From assembly GCA_965204865.1 (NCBI GenBank), contig OZ242027.1, positions 2,243,986 to 2,307,985 of the forward strand: a DNA stretch of 64,000 bases, read 5' to 3'. Positions within the stretch are counted from its first letter, which is position 1; the number at the start of each line of letters is the position of its first letter. The notes under the pieces were generated by a model. It was not told the DNA's origin. It made no database searches and saw nothing but the letters and a program-made list of their open reading frames with translations. The position numbers and the translations under genes were made by a program. This DNA comes from Dehalococcoidia bacterium (GTDB lineage: Bacteria; Chloroflexota; Dehalococcoidia; Lucifugimonadales; UBA3495). This document shows positions 1-9,237 of the stretch, one piece after another.

Positions 1-534
1 TCCGGCGCGTCCATGGAGGACGTGATTCGCGCCGCAAAAGTGGCCCAGCTCCACGACCACATCATGACGCTGCCCGACGGATATGACACCTGGGTGGGCG
101 AGCGCGGCACCACCCTGTCCGGCGGGCAGCGCCAGCGGCTGTCCATCGCCCGCAGCGTGCTGATTGACCCGCCGGTGCTGATTCTCGACGACTCCACTTC
201 CAGCGTGGACGTGGAAACGGAGCGGCTGATTCACCGCGCAATGGTGGCGGTGATACAAGGCCGGACCACCTTCGTCATCGCCCATCGCCTCAGCACCGTG
301 CAAAACGCCGACCACATCATCGTGCTCGACCGCGGGCGGATAGTGGAGCAGGGCACTCATTACGGGCTATACGAGGCCAACGGCATATACCGGGAGATTC
401 TGGAGCTCCAGTTGCGCCCTCAGGAGGAGCTGATGCTGGACGTCACCATAGACTCTGCCATGACAGCGGTAGAAGAGGCCGAAACCACAGCCGTCCCCGC
501 ATTTGTAAGAGAGCAAGGAGCTCAGGAGGCCTGA
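1..534 (+). CDS. ABC exporter subunit, C-terminal nucleotide-binding domain fragment (5' end outside window)
   Basis: Frame 1 open from nt 1; ABC signature LSGGQRQR, Walker B LILDDSTSSVD, H-loop IAHRLST; stop 532-534 abuts next ABC gene. Confidence 0.9.
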   Translation, partial: SGASMEDVIRAAKVAQLHDHIMTLPDGYDTWVGERGTTLSGGQRQRLSIARSVLIDPPVLILDDSTSSVDVETERLIHRAMVAVIQGRTTFVIAHRLSTVQNADHIIVLDRGRIVEQGTHYGLYEANGIYREILELQLRPQEELMLDVTIDSAMTAVEEAETTAVPAFVREQGAQEA

Positions 535-535
535 T

Positions 536-2512
536 ATGCGAATGTCCGGGGGAGGCGGCGGCTTCGGCGGTATGTTGGGCAATATGCGGGGCCTGAACGC
601 CTCCGGCGACCGCGCCGCCACCGTCGACAATCTCAGCGATGAGTCCGTCGTGGGCGCCGCTTATGACCACAAGGTCGTGATGCGGCTGCTGACCTACATC
701 GCGCCTTACAAACGGTGGGCCATCCTCGCCATTCTCTCTGTCACTCTCTACACCGGGGCCAATGTTTGCATCCCGCTGCTGGTCAAGCTGGGCATAGACG
801 ACGCTATCAAGTCGGGAAACCTGGCCCTCTTGCACTGGATCGGCGGGGCATTCCTGCTGGTGGCGGTGGTGCATTTCGTATCGAATTACTGCCAGTTCGT
901 TTTCATGCCCAAAGTGGGGCAGGGCATCCTCTATTCCCTGCGAACCAAGATGTTCAATCACTTGCAGGAAATGTCCCCCTCCTTCTATCACCGTACCCCC
1001 GTGGGCCGCATTATGTCGCGCAGCCAAAGCGACGTATTGCAGTTGCAGGAAACCTTCGAGCTGATTGTCCAGAGCTTTTCCGACCTCCTGAGCCTCTTCG
1101 GCATCATCACGCTGATGATGATTCTGGACTGGCAACTGGCGCTCATCTGCCTGAGCATAACCCCGCCCCTTTTCTTCATCCTCGGCTACTGGCAAAAGTT
1201 CGCCCGGCATTCTTTCATGCGCATCCGCCGCGCCATCGCCATGGTCAACGGCGAATACAACCAGAACATCACCGGGATTAGGGTGGTGCAGAGTCTCAAC
1301 CGTCAAGACACCAACATGGCCCACTTCGACGAGTTGAACTCCGAGCATCTCAACGCCAACATGGAGGCCAGCCGCTATTCCGGGTCCCTCCAGCCAGTGG
1401 TGGAGCTGCTCATCGGCATCGCCATGGGCTTCGGCGTGGTGCTGGCCGGCGGAGTGATGGCCAAGGGGGGGGCCCTGGAATTGGGCGTGCTGGTGGCCTT
1501 CGCACTCTGGATCCAGCGGTTCTTTGAGCCCATCCGCCAGTTGACCATGCAGTACAGCCAGCTCCAGCGCGCCATGGCCGCCGGCGTCCGCATCTTCGAG
1601 GTGCTGGACCTGGAGCCGGAAGTGAAGGACGAGCCTGACGCCGAGGAGCTGCCCCAGATTCAGGGCGAAATCCGGTTCGAGAACGTATATTTTCACTACG
1701 TGCCCGGCGTGGAGGTGCTGAAAGACATCAACCTCCACATCCGTCCCGGCGAGAACGTCGCCATCGTTGGCTCCACCGGCGCGGGCAAAAGCACACTGGT
1801 TACCCTCATCCACCGCTTCGCCGACGTGACCCAAGGGCGCATCCTGGTAGACGGATACGACATTCGCCGCGTCACCCGCCGCTCCCTAGCAGGCCAGATG
1901 AGCATGGTGTTGCAGGAGCCATACCTCTTTTCCGGCACCGTGGCCGACAATATCCGCTACAACCAGGAAGACGCCACCGACGAAGAGGTTATCGAAGCGG
2001 CCAAGACCGTCGGCGCCCACGATTTCATAATGAACCTGGAGAACGGCTATGACACAGTGCTGGCCGAGCGGGGGGTCAACCTCAGCGTGGGGCAGCGCCA
2101 ACTGCTCAGCTTCGCCCGCGCCGTGGTCGGCGACCCTCGTGTCATCGTGCTGGACGAGGCCACCGCCAACATAGATACCCAGACCGAGCTGATGATTCAG
2201 CAGGCGCTGCAACGGGTGCTGGTCGGGCGCACCTCCATCGTCATTGCCCACCGGCTTTCCACGGTGCGCAACGCCGACAAGATAATCGTCCTCGACCGGG
2301 GCAACCTGGTGGAGATGGGATCCCACGACGAACTGCTGGCTCTCGGCGGCGTCTACGAGCGTCTGTACGCGGTAAACTACGGCCTGCTGGCCGAATCGGA
2401 AACCGCCGCAGAACTCGATACCCTGGAACGCCGTTCCCTGGACAGGCCTGGATCCGACGGGCATCAACCCCTGCCAGACGGCGGGCTGTTGCCTGCGCCG
2501 GCCGACGACTGA
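536..2512 (+). CDS. ABC exporter, fused permease + ATPase (MsbA/MdlB-like), likely heterodimer partner of upstream gene
   Basis: 658 aa; N-terminal TM helices, Walker A GSTGAGKST, signature LSVGQRQ, Walker B VIVLDEATA, H-loop IAHRLST. Confidence 0.9.
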   Translation: MRMSGGGGGFGGMLGNMRGLNASGDRAATVDNLSDESVVGAAYDHKVVMRLLTYIAPYKRWAILAILSVTLYTGANVCIPLLVKLGIDDAIKSGNLALLHWIGGAFLLVAVVHFVSNYCQFVFMPKVGQGILYSLRTKMFNHLQEMSPSFYHRTPVGRIMSRSQSDVLQLQETFELIVQSFSDLLSLFGIITLMMILDWQLALICLSITPPLFFILGYWQKFARHSFMRIRRAIAMVNGEYNQNITGIRVVQSLNRQDTNMAHFDELNSEHLNANMEASRYSGSLQPVVELLIGIAMGFGVVLAGGVMAKGGALELGVLVAFALWIQRFFEPIRQLTMQYSQLQRAMAAGVRIFEVLDLEPEVKDEPDAEELPQIQGEIRFENVYFHYVPGVEVLKDINLHIRPGENVAIVGSTGAGKSTLVTLIHRFADVTQGRILVDGYDIRRVTRRSLAGQMSMVLQEPYLFSGTVADNIRYNQEDATDEEVIEAAKTVGAHDFIMNLENGYDTVLAERGVNLSVGQRQLLSFARAVVGDPRVIVLDEATANIDTQTELMIQQALQRVLVGRTSIVIAHRLSTVRNADKIIVLDRGNLVEMGSHDELLALGGVYERLYAVNYGLLAESETAAELDTLERRSLDRPGSDGHQPLPDGGLLPAPADD

Positions 2513-2566
2513 ACGCACGGCATCTCAAAGGAGCCAGTTCAAGAGCCAAGAGGAATATCTGCTGCC

Positions 2567-3538
2567 ATGTATACCCGAATCTTGACGCCACTGGACGGTT
2601 CCAACGTATCCGAGCAGGTTCTTCCCTACGCGCGGTCGCTGGCCGCCGGTCTGTCACTGCCGGTAACTCTGCTCTATGCCATAGAGCAAGAAATCTTTGC
2701 CCTGCCCCGGACTCTGGATAGATCGCTAAATTTTCAGGAAATAGCGGTTCGCCGGGTGCGGCAGGCCAGGGCCTATGCGGAGCCGGTGGCCGCCGAATTG
2801 AGGAAGGCGGGGCTGAACGTTCACGTAGATGTGCCCCAAGGCGAGCCGGCTGCGGCCATAGTGGAAGATGCTGCCAGAGACCCCGGCACGCTCATCACCA
2901 TGTCCAGCCACGGGCGCTCAGGGCTGGCCCGCTGGTGGATGGGCAGCGTGACCGACAAAGTAATGCGTCTGACCGGCAACCCGCTGCTGGTAATCCACGC
3001 CGGTTCAGGGCAACAGACGCCCCCGGAATTTAGGTTCGAGAGGATAACCGTTCCGGTGGACGGATCTGAGTTGGCCGAGGGGATTTTGCCCCATGCGGTC
3101 TATCTGTCGTCAGCCATGGGGCTTGCCGTTGACCTGGTTCAGGTCAACCCATCCCGGGATGAATACTACCGCTCTATGTCCATAGGCCCGTCGGAAGTGG
3201 CCCGCGTATCCCCTTCCTACGAGGAATATATCGAAACTGCGGACGCCGAGACCGAGAGCTATCTGGCTGAACTGAAGGCGCGGCTGACAGGGCAGGGAGC
3301 GGCGTCGGTGGAAACGCATTTGCGCCACGGCGCGGCGGCGGAAACTATCTCAGACCTGGCCGCCAATACTGCCAACAATCTGGTAGCCATGACCACCCAC
3401 GGCCGCTCCGGGGTGAGCCGCCTGCTGCTGGGCAGCGTGGCCGAGCGCGTGGTGCGCCAGTCCGGTGACCCGGTGTTGCTGGTGCGCGGCGGCCACAGCA
3501 GGCAAGCCCCTCTCGCCGGCACGCCCGCTTTGGCGTAA
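2567..3538 (+). CDS. universal stress protein, tandem UspA domains
   Basis: 323 aa; two repeats each ending ..MTTHGRSG..R..LGSVAE/TDKV.. typical USP ATP-binding motif. Confidence 0.85.
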   Translation: MYTRILTPLDGSNVSEQVLPYARSLAAGLSLPVTLLYAIEQEIFALPRTLDRSLNFQEIAVRRVRQARAYAEPVAAELRKAGLNVHVDVPQGEPAAAIVEDAARDPGTLITMSSHGRSGLARWWMGSVTDKVMRLTGNPLLVIHAGSGQQTPPEFRFERITVPVDGSELAEGILPHAVYLSSAMGLAVDLVQVNPSRDEYYRSMSIGPSEVARVSPSYEEYIETADAETESYLAELKARLTGQGAASVETHLRHGAAAETISDLAANTANNLVAMTTHGRSGVSRLLLGSVAERVVRQSGDPVLLVRGGHSRQAPLAGTPALA

Positions 3539-3618
3539 AGCATCTAAGGATTTGCAGCAGTGCCTCCGCCCAGAAATCTCGTCATTCCTGGTTAAGAACA
3601 CACAGGAGAAGCGTTTCA

Positions 3619-4557
3619 ATGTACTCGCGAATTCTGACGCCGCTGGACGGCTCCGAACATTCGGAACGAGTTCTGCCTTCTGCCCGCTCCCTGGCCGCCG
3701 GTCTTTCGCTGCCCGTAACGCTGCTCTATGCCATCGAGCCGGAACATCCCAGCATTTCCCAATCCCTGAACCCCAGGCTGCACCAGCATCAAACGGCGGC
3801 CCATCGCACTCAGCACGTCAGGGCATATTTGGAACCGGTTGCCGCCGGTCTGAGGAACGCGGGGCTGAACGTGGATATAACGATTCCCCAAGGCGACCCG
3901 GCCGCCGCCATAGTGGAAGAAGCGGCCAAAGACCCTGGCACGCTCATCACCATGTCCAGCCACGGGCGTTCCGGGCTGTCCCGATGGTGGATGGGCAGCG
4001 TGACCGACAAGGTGCTGCATCTTACCGAGAACCCGCTGCTGATAATTCACACCGCCGCGCAGCAACAGACTGAGCCGGAAGAGGCTTTCGAGCGCATCAC
4101 GGTCCCCGTTGACGGCTCGGAGCTGGCAGAGGAAATTTTGCCCCACGTGGCCTACCTGTCGGCAGCCATGGGACTTGCCGTTAACCTCGTTCAGGCTGTC
4201 CCTTCCCAGGAAGAATACTACCGCTACCTGTCCATCGGCCCGTCGGAAGTCTCCCGCGCGACGCCCTCCTATGAAGAATATGCCCAGATTGTGGACGGGG
4301 AAGCTGACTCCTATTTGGCCGAGTTGAAGGAGCGGCTGAGGCAACAGGGAGCGTCTCCAGTGGAAACTCAGTTGCTTCACGGCCCGCCAGCGGACTGCAT
4401 CGTAGATCTGGCAACCACTACCGCAAACAACCTGGTCGCCATGACCACCCACGGACGCTCCGGCGTGGGCCGCTTGGTGCTGGGCAGCGTAGCCGAGCGG
4501 GTGGTGCGCCAGTCCGGCGACCCGGTGCTCCTGATTCGTGGCGCACAGGGAGGCTAA
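3619..4557 (+). CDS. universal stress protein, tandem UspA domains (paralogue of 2567..3538)
   Basis: 312 aa; N-terminus MYSRILTPLDGSEHSERVLPSARSLAAGLSLPVTLLYAIE nearly identical to upstream gene; SD CAGGAG upstream. Confidence 0.85.
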   Translation: MYSRILTPLDGSEHSERVLPSARSLAAGLSLPVTLLYAIEPEHPSISQSLNPRLHQHQTAAHRTQHVRAYLEPVAAGLRNAGLNVDITIPQGDPAAAIVEEAAKDPGTLITMSSHGRSGLSRWWMGSVTDKVLHLTENPLLIIHTAAQQQTEPEEAFERITVPVDGSELAEEILPHVAYLSAAMGLAVNLVQAVPSQEEYYRYLSIGPSEVSRATPSYEEYAQIVDGEADSYLAELKERLRQQGASPVETQLLHGPPADCIVDLATTTANNLVAMTTHGRSGVGRLVLGSVAERVVRQSGDPVLLIRGAQGG

Positions 4558-4601
4558 ACCCCCTGAGCGGCGCTCCGGCCCCGGCTTAGAGGGTGTATGA
4601 A

Positions 4602-4643
4602 AATTCCCTCTCCCTTGAGGGAGAGGGTTAGGGTGAGGGGGCG
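4602..4643 (-). repeat. REP-A palindromic repeat copy
   Basis: aattCCCTCTCCCttgaGGGAGAGGGTTAGGGTGAGGGggcg; convergent spacer between USP and dsbA-like gene. Confidence 0.9.
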
Positions 4644-4721
4644 CAGTCTCAAGGTTCACGGCCTTCCATTAACCAGACCCCCTGAAACGGAACGCTACCC
4701 GGTACGAACCGGAATGCCCGG

Positions 4722-5354
4722 CTACTGGCTGAGGTAGCGCTCCATCGCCTGCTTGAAGACCGGGTAGGGATGAGCGCCCGTGAACAGCAGGTTGCCCACC
4801 AGGAAGGTGGGGATGCCGTTGATGCCGTATTGCAGGGCCTCGCGGTACTGGGCAATGACCGTCTGCGAGTGGGCGCCCTGCTCCAGCGCCTTGGTCATAT
4901 CGGCCCCGTCCAGCCCCACGCTGTCGGCGATGGTTTCCAGCACCTCTATCTGGCCGATGTCCTTGCGGTCTTCCCAGAAAGCCTTGTAGGCGGCGTGGTG
5001 AAATTCCATGAACTTGCCGTGCTGCTGGGCGTACTCGGTGGCTTCCAGCGAGTAGAGAGTATTGGGAGTGCGGGACGACGGACGCATGATTAGGCCCGAG
5101 TCCCTAGCCTGGCTCCGCAGCGGCTCCGACAGTTCATCGTCGCTCTCTCCGGGGCGCTGCGGACGCTCTACTCCTTCCCGGGGAGTGTCAGGACGCAACA
5201 GGTATGCCCGGCCCTCCACCTCGATGTCAAATTCCTTGGCCAGATGGTCGACCCGTTCCAGGCCGATATAGCACCACGGTCAAATGTAGTCGTACCAGAC
5301 GGCTACCCGAACCGTGGCATGGTCGTGCTGCCCGTTATGAGTTTCCTGCGCCAT
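4722..5354 (-). CDS. DsbA/FrnE-family thiol:disulfide oxidoreductase with in-frame TGA (candidate selenocysteine, U-P-W-C)
   Basis: ATG 5354 with AGGAG 8 nt upstream; frame continuous through TGA 5282-5280: ..VAVWYDYI-TGA-PWCYIGLERV.. into track ORF 4722..5219; C-terminal GIPTFLV motif of DsbA fold. Confidence 0.7.
5236..5279 (-). promoter_or_regulatory. SECIS-like hairpin immediately 3' of the in-frame TGA
   Basis: Upper stem UCGGCC(5266-5261)/GGUCGA(5253-5248), 7-nt loop UGGAACG with GG; lower stem GGUG/CAUC; starts 13 nt after UGA. Confidence 0.45.
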
Positions 5355-5380
5355 GTCAACACTCCTGGCAATCGAGAGAT

Positions 5381-5417
5381 TCTCTATCCTTGTTGGGAGA
5401 GGGTTAGGGTGAGGGCG
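5381..5417 (-). repeat. REP-A copy (left arm degenerate)
   Basis: ..ttgGGGAGAGGGTTAGGGTGAGGGcg; contains stop codon of HAD gene (TAA on minus strand at 5404-5406). Confidence 0.8.
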
Positions 5418-6123
5418 AAGTCTCGGATTCCAGCAACTCGATGATTTCGACAAGCCCCGAGATTTTGGGACAGCCTTCCACCGGCTCGTGCCAGCCGCCC
5501 CGGTCCAGCAGCGCGGCCTGCATCCCCATGTCACGAGCGCCGGCCACGTCGGACCGGACTTGATCCCCGATATGCAGCACTTCCTCGGGCGCCGCCTCGG
5601 CGCGGCGCAGGGCTTCCTGGAATATGGGCGGGTGAGGCTTCTCTATCCCTGCTTGAACCGAGGTTACAGAAAAGTCGAGGATGCCTTCCAGCCCGGCCCG
5701 GCGAATCAGCGGCTCAAGGTCAGCCCGCAGGTTGGTTATCACCCCCAGCCGGTAGCCGCGCTCCCGCAGTGCTTCCAACGTGGGCATGGTGTCTTCAAAG
5801 GGAGTGAATTCCTTGGGAACGGCGATAGCCAGCCCCCATATCTGTCGTGCCAGTACGGTGGTCACCGGAACCCCGGCAGTCTCGAGGATGACCTGCTCAT
5901 ACTCGGCGAAAAATTCCAGCCGCCGCTCCGGTGAGCGCAGCGACAGCGGTTCATCTTCGTTGGCGCGGTTGAACAGAATGTCGGCCTTGGCGTAGCCCCG
6001 GCGAATCGCCTCTCGTGAAACACTCAGGCCCATCTTCCAGCAAGCGACCCGCTGAATTTCCTCCAGCGGGGGCCAGAACTTGACCAGCGTATTGTAAAAG
6101 TCGAAGGTGACAACCCTTATCAT
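5404..6123 (-). CDS. HAD-superfamily hydrolase
   Basis: MIRVVTFDFYNTLV (motif I), GDQVRSDVAGARDMGM (motif IV); C-terminal ..SETSPSP* is translated REP-A. Confidence 0.8.
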   Translation of the reverse strand: MIRVVTFDFYNTLVKFWPPLEEIQRVACWKMGLSVSREAIRRGYAKADILFNRANEDEPLSLRSPERRLEFFAEYEQVILETAGVPVTTVLARQIWGLAIAVPKEFTPFEDTMPTLEALRERGYRLGVITNLRADLEPLIRRAGLEGILDFSVTSVQAGIEKPHPPIFQEALRRAEAAPEEVLHIGDQVRSDVAGARDMGMQAALLDRGGWHEPVEGCPKISGLVEIIELLESETSPSP

Positions 6124-6360
6124 TCCATTTACCGGCCGGCCCCCAGCGGAGCGATTGTTGATATTGAGCCTGAGCAATATTGGTGTTCAGCAGACATGCC
6201 AGTCTAACACGGCACAGACTCCAATGCGAACCGCGATATGCCTAGTGACGCTAGGCATTGGCAGCCGGTTGGTATATCAGTATTCTTGACCCACCGGAGG
6301 GTATTTCCCCGGAACCCATACGCAGGAATGCAGCCGCCTCACGCTGCCGCGAGGACAAGG

Positions 6361-6822
6361 ATGAAGCTCGCCATCGGCGCAGACCACGCCGGATTCGACC
6401 TCAAGGCACAGATTGTTCCCTGGCTGGAATCATCAGGGCATCAGGTAGTGGACATCGGAGCGCACGCCCTCGACCCCGCCGACGATTTCCCCGACTTTGC
6501 CGCCGCCGTGGCCCGTTCTGTTAACGGCGGTCAAGCGGAAAGGGGCGTTATGATTTGCGGCAGCGGCGTCGGGGCCAGCATCGCAACCAACAAGGTTGGC
6601 GGAATCCGCGCCTGCCTGTGCCACGACACCTACACCGCACGGCAGGGCGTGGAGCATAACGATATGAACGTCCTCTGCCTGGGCGGGCGAGTCATCGGCA
6701 TCGAGACCGCCAAAGAGGTCATCGCGACCTTCATCGGCGCGGAGTTCATGCCCGAAGACCGCTTCCAGCGGCGAATAGACAAGGTGACCGAAATCGAGGC
6801 CGACAGGCTGAAGGTAAGCTAA
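6361..6822 (+). CDS. rpiB: ribose-5-phosphate isomerase B
   Basis: MKLAIGADHAGFDLK.., ICGSGVGASI.., CLCHD; GAGGA SD upstream of ATG 6361. Confidence 0.9.
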   Translation: MKLAIGADHAGFDLKAQIVPWLESSGHQVVDIGAHALDPADDFPDFAAAVARSVNGGQAERGVMICGSGVGASIATNKVGGIRACLCHDTYTARQGVEHNDMNVLCLGGRVIGIETAKEVIATFIGAEFMPEDRFQRRIDKVTEIEADRLKVS

Positions 6823-6840
6823 ACTGAAAGGCGTCTGAAA

Positions 6841-6880
6841 AATCCCCTCTCCCTCCGGGGGAGGGCTAGGGTGGGGCGTC
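6841..6880 (-). repeat. REP-A copy
   Basis: aatCCCCTCTCCCtccGGGGGAGGGCTAGGGTGGGGcgtc; convergent spacer rpiB/otsB. Confidence 0.85.
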
Positions 6881-6892
6881 CTCTGCCCGCCC

Positions 6893-7696
6893 CTAAAGTT
6901 CTTCCAGGATCAGGCTCATCGCTTCCGAGACCTCACCGGGCGAGTCCAACTGGTGCAGCGCCACCGTGCCTTGGCGGGGCTCTCCCACAAACACCGCCAG
7001 TCCGCCCATTTCCTGTACCGCCCGGAAGCCGTCCTCGTCCGTCTGGTCGTCCCCGAAATAGACCGGGAAGGGACTGTCCCCTAGATTCCCGCTTTCGCGG
7101 GAATGACGGTGAATTTTCTCAATGGCCTTGCCCTTGTCCCATGCGATGGCCGGTCGCACCTCCACCACCATCTTGCCCTTCGTCAGCCGTAGCTGCCCGC
7201 TCTCGACGTAAGGCTCGGCTGTTGCCCTCACCACGTCATCCACTTCGCCCGTCAGCAGTTCGGGCGCGGCTCGGTAGTGGACGCTCAGGGTCAGCCCCTT
7301 GTGTTCCACGATTACGCCGGGAACATGGGCCAGCGCATTGGCCAGAGCTGTCCGAACTTGGTTCAGAACCTCCCGGGCAGCGATAGCTTGAGGATGCGTG
7401 AAATCCAGCCCCGGGCCGCGAATCTCCATACCGTGGTTGCCGGCGTGGATGAGACCTTGAATATCAGCCATAACAGCCAGGTCGGCCACGCTGCGACCGC
7501 TGACGATGCCTGCAATGCAACGAGGGTGCGCCGCCAGCGCCGTTAGCAGTCCCCGCGATTCCTCGGACAGCAGGGCGTCCTCGGGGCGGGCCACGATAGG
7601 CGTCAGCGTGCCGTCGTAGTCGAAGAGAAGAAGTATGCGGTCAGTACGGAACAGGCGCGCGCGAACCGACGGCCAGATGTTCAGCAGATGGGCCAT
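6893..7696 (-). CDS. otsB: trehalose-6-phosphate phosphatase
   Basis: HAD motif LLLFDYDGTLTPIV, C-terminal FGDDQTDEDGF; 8 nt downstream of otsA stop; contains in-frame REP-B copy. Confidence 0.85.
   Translation of the reverse strand: MAHLLNIWPSVRARLFRTDRILLLFDYDGTLTPIVARPEDALLSEESRGLLTALAAHPRCIAGIVSGRSVADLAVMADIQGLIHAGNHGMEIRGPGLDFTHPQAIAAREVLNQVRTALANALAHVPGVIVEHKGLTLSVHYRAAPELLTGEVDDVVRATAEPYVESGQLRLTKGKMVVEVRPAIAWDKGKAIEKIHRHSRESGNLGDSPFPVYFGDDQTDEDGFRAVQEMGGLAVFVGEPRQGTVALHQLDSPGEVSEAMSLILEEL
7082..7109. repeat. REP-B palindrome copy inside otsB CDS
   Basis: tagATTCCCGCtttcGCGGGAATgacgg; translated in otsB frame as ..HRHSRESGNLG.. Confidence 0.85.
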
Positions 7697-7704
7697 CAGG
7701 GGGC

Positions 7705-9213
7705 TTAGATGCTGCGGATGGGGTGGCGGGCGCGGCGCCCTACCTGCATCATATCCACCAGCGAGCGCGCCGCCCACTTGTAGATATTGTTCTCCTGCAC
7801 TACGCCCCTCATATTGGCCATCCGCACCTGGCGTTCCTGGCGGGGCATTTCCACCGCTTCCCGGATGGAGTCGCCGAACCGCTCCATGTCGTAGGGGTTG
7901 ACGATCAGCGCGTCGGTGAGTTCCAGGGCCGCGCCGGTGAAGGGGCTGAGAATCAGCACGCCGTCGTGGTCGTAGCGGCTGGCGACGTATTCCTTGGCCA
8001 CCAGGTTCATGCCGTCGTGCAGGGAGCTTACCACGCAGAAGCGGGCCAGCCTCCGCAGGGCCATCAGCGTCAGGTTGGGCAGGTCGGTGGGCATATACAT
8101 TATGGGCTGCCAGTCATCGGTGGCGAAGCGGCTGTTGACGTCCTCCAGCAGCCGGTCAATCTGGTCCGCAAGCTGCTGGTAGGCGATGATGTTGGTCCGG
8201 CTCATAACGCCGGCCTGAACGAACACCACCTTGCCGATGTATTGCGGGTTCCGCTCCAGAAAACGGTTGATGGCCCGGATGCGGTGGGGAATGCCCTTGG
8301 TATAATCAATGCGGTCTATACCCAGGCCGACTATCTTGTCCTGCAACCCCCACTCGACGGTGAGCCGTTCCATCTCCTGGGCGACCTCGACGCTTTGGGC
8401 GTCGATTTCCAGTTGGTCGAAGTCAACGCTGATGGGAACCGGGCGCACCAGGGTTGAGTCATCGCGGTGATATATCAGGCTGTATTCCTCGTGGACGCGA
8501 GCGCCCAGTATCCGCGATGCGGCTTCCATGAAGTTGTTGCAGTGGTCGCCGATGTGGAAGCCCAGCATATCGTTGCCCAGCAGTCCGTCCAGCAGCTCCT
8601 CCTGCCAAGGGCAGATGCGGAAAACTTCGTAGTTGGGCCAGGGGATGTGCCAGAACTGGCCGGTAATCACATCGGGTTCAAGGTCGCGGAGGAAACGGGG
8701 CAGCAGGGCCAGATGATAGTCCTGGATGAACACGGCGGCCGGGCGCCCGTCCATTTCCTCGCTGACCTGCTGGGCGAAGGCGCGGTTGACGGCGGTATAG
8801 GTTTCCCAGTCGGACTGCTCGAAGGTGGGTTCTATGAAGGCGTTGTGGCACAGCGGCCACAGCCCCTCGTTGGAAACGCCGTAGTAGTAACCCTGCTGCT
8901 GCTCGGCGGTCAGCCACACCAGGCGGAGGGTGTAGGATGGGTCGTCGGGCGGCACCATCACGCGGTTCTTGTCGTCCACCGCCAGGTAGTCGCCGGGGCC
9001 GCCTCCATGGGCAATCCACGTTCCGGCGCACTCCTGCATCAGCGGGTCAATGGCGGTGGTGACGCCTCCGGCAGGGGTGCTGACGCGCAATTCCCCGTCA
9101 ACCAGCTCGTGAACGTAAGGTTGACGGTTGGAAACGACAATTATCCGGTAGTCGCCAATCTCCCGGTTGACCAGACGCCGCAACCGATCTCTGGTCCAGA
9201 TGGGCTCTCGCAC
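7705..9213 (-). CDS. otsA: alpha,alpha-trehalose-phosphate synthase (GT20)
   Basis: 502 aa; VVSNRQPY, GLWPLCHN, IQDYHLALLP motifs; GTG start 9213 preceded by GAGGGAG. Confidence 0.9.
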   Translation of the reverse strand: MREPIWTRDRLRRLVNREIGDYRIIVVSNRQPYVHELVDGELRVSTPAGGVTTAIDPLMQECAGTWIAHGGGPGDYLAVDDKNRVMVPPDDPSYTLRLVWLTAEQQQGYYYGVSNEGLWPLCHNAFIEPTFEQSDWETYTAVNRAFAQQVSEEMDGRPAAVFIQDYHLALLPRFLRDLEPDVITGQFWHIPWPNYEVFRICPWQEELLDGLLGNDMLGFHIGDHCNNFMEAASRILGARVHEEYSLIYHRDDSTLVRPVPISVDFDQLEIDAQSVEVAQEMERLTVEWGLQDKIVGLGIDRIDYTKGIPHRIRAINRFLERNPQYIGKVVFVQAGVMSRTNIIAYQQLADQIDRLLEDVNSRFATDDWQPIMYMPTDLPNLTLMALRRLARFCVVSSLHDGMNLVAKEYVASRYDHDGVLILSPFTGAALELTDALIVNPYDMERFGDSIREAVEMPRQERQVRMANMRGVVQENNIYKWAARSLVDMMQVGRRARHPIRSI

Positions 9214-9237
9214 CTTCTCCCTCTGTTACCACCAGCG

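Noticed and set aside
443-1834. 463-aa minus-strand ORF antisense to the ABC exporter gene
   Set aside because: It lies opposite a CDS with unmistakable ABC motifs. Its translation is His/Gly/Ala/Val/Leu-rich low-complexity sequence typical of shadow ORFs in high-G+C DNA.
6871-7386. 171-aa Pro/Arg-rich plus-strand ORF
   Set aside because: It is antisense to otsB and starts inside a REP-A copy, with low-complexity composition.
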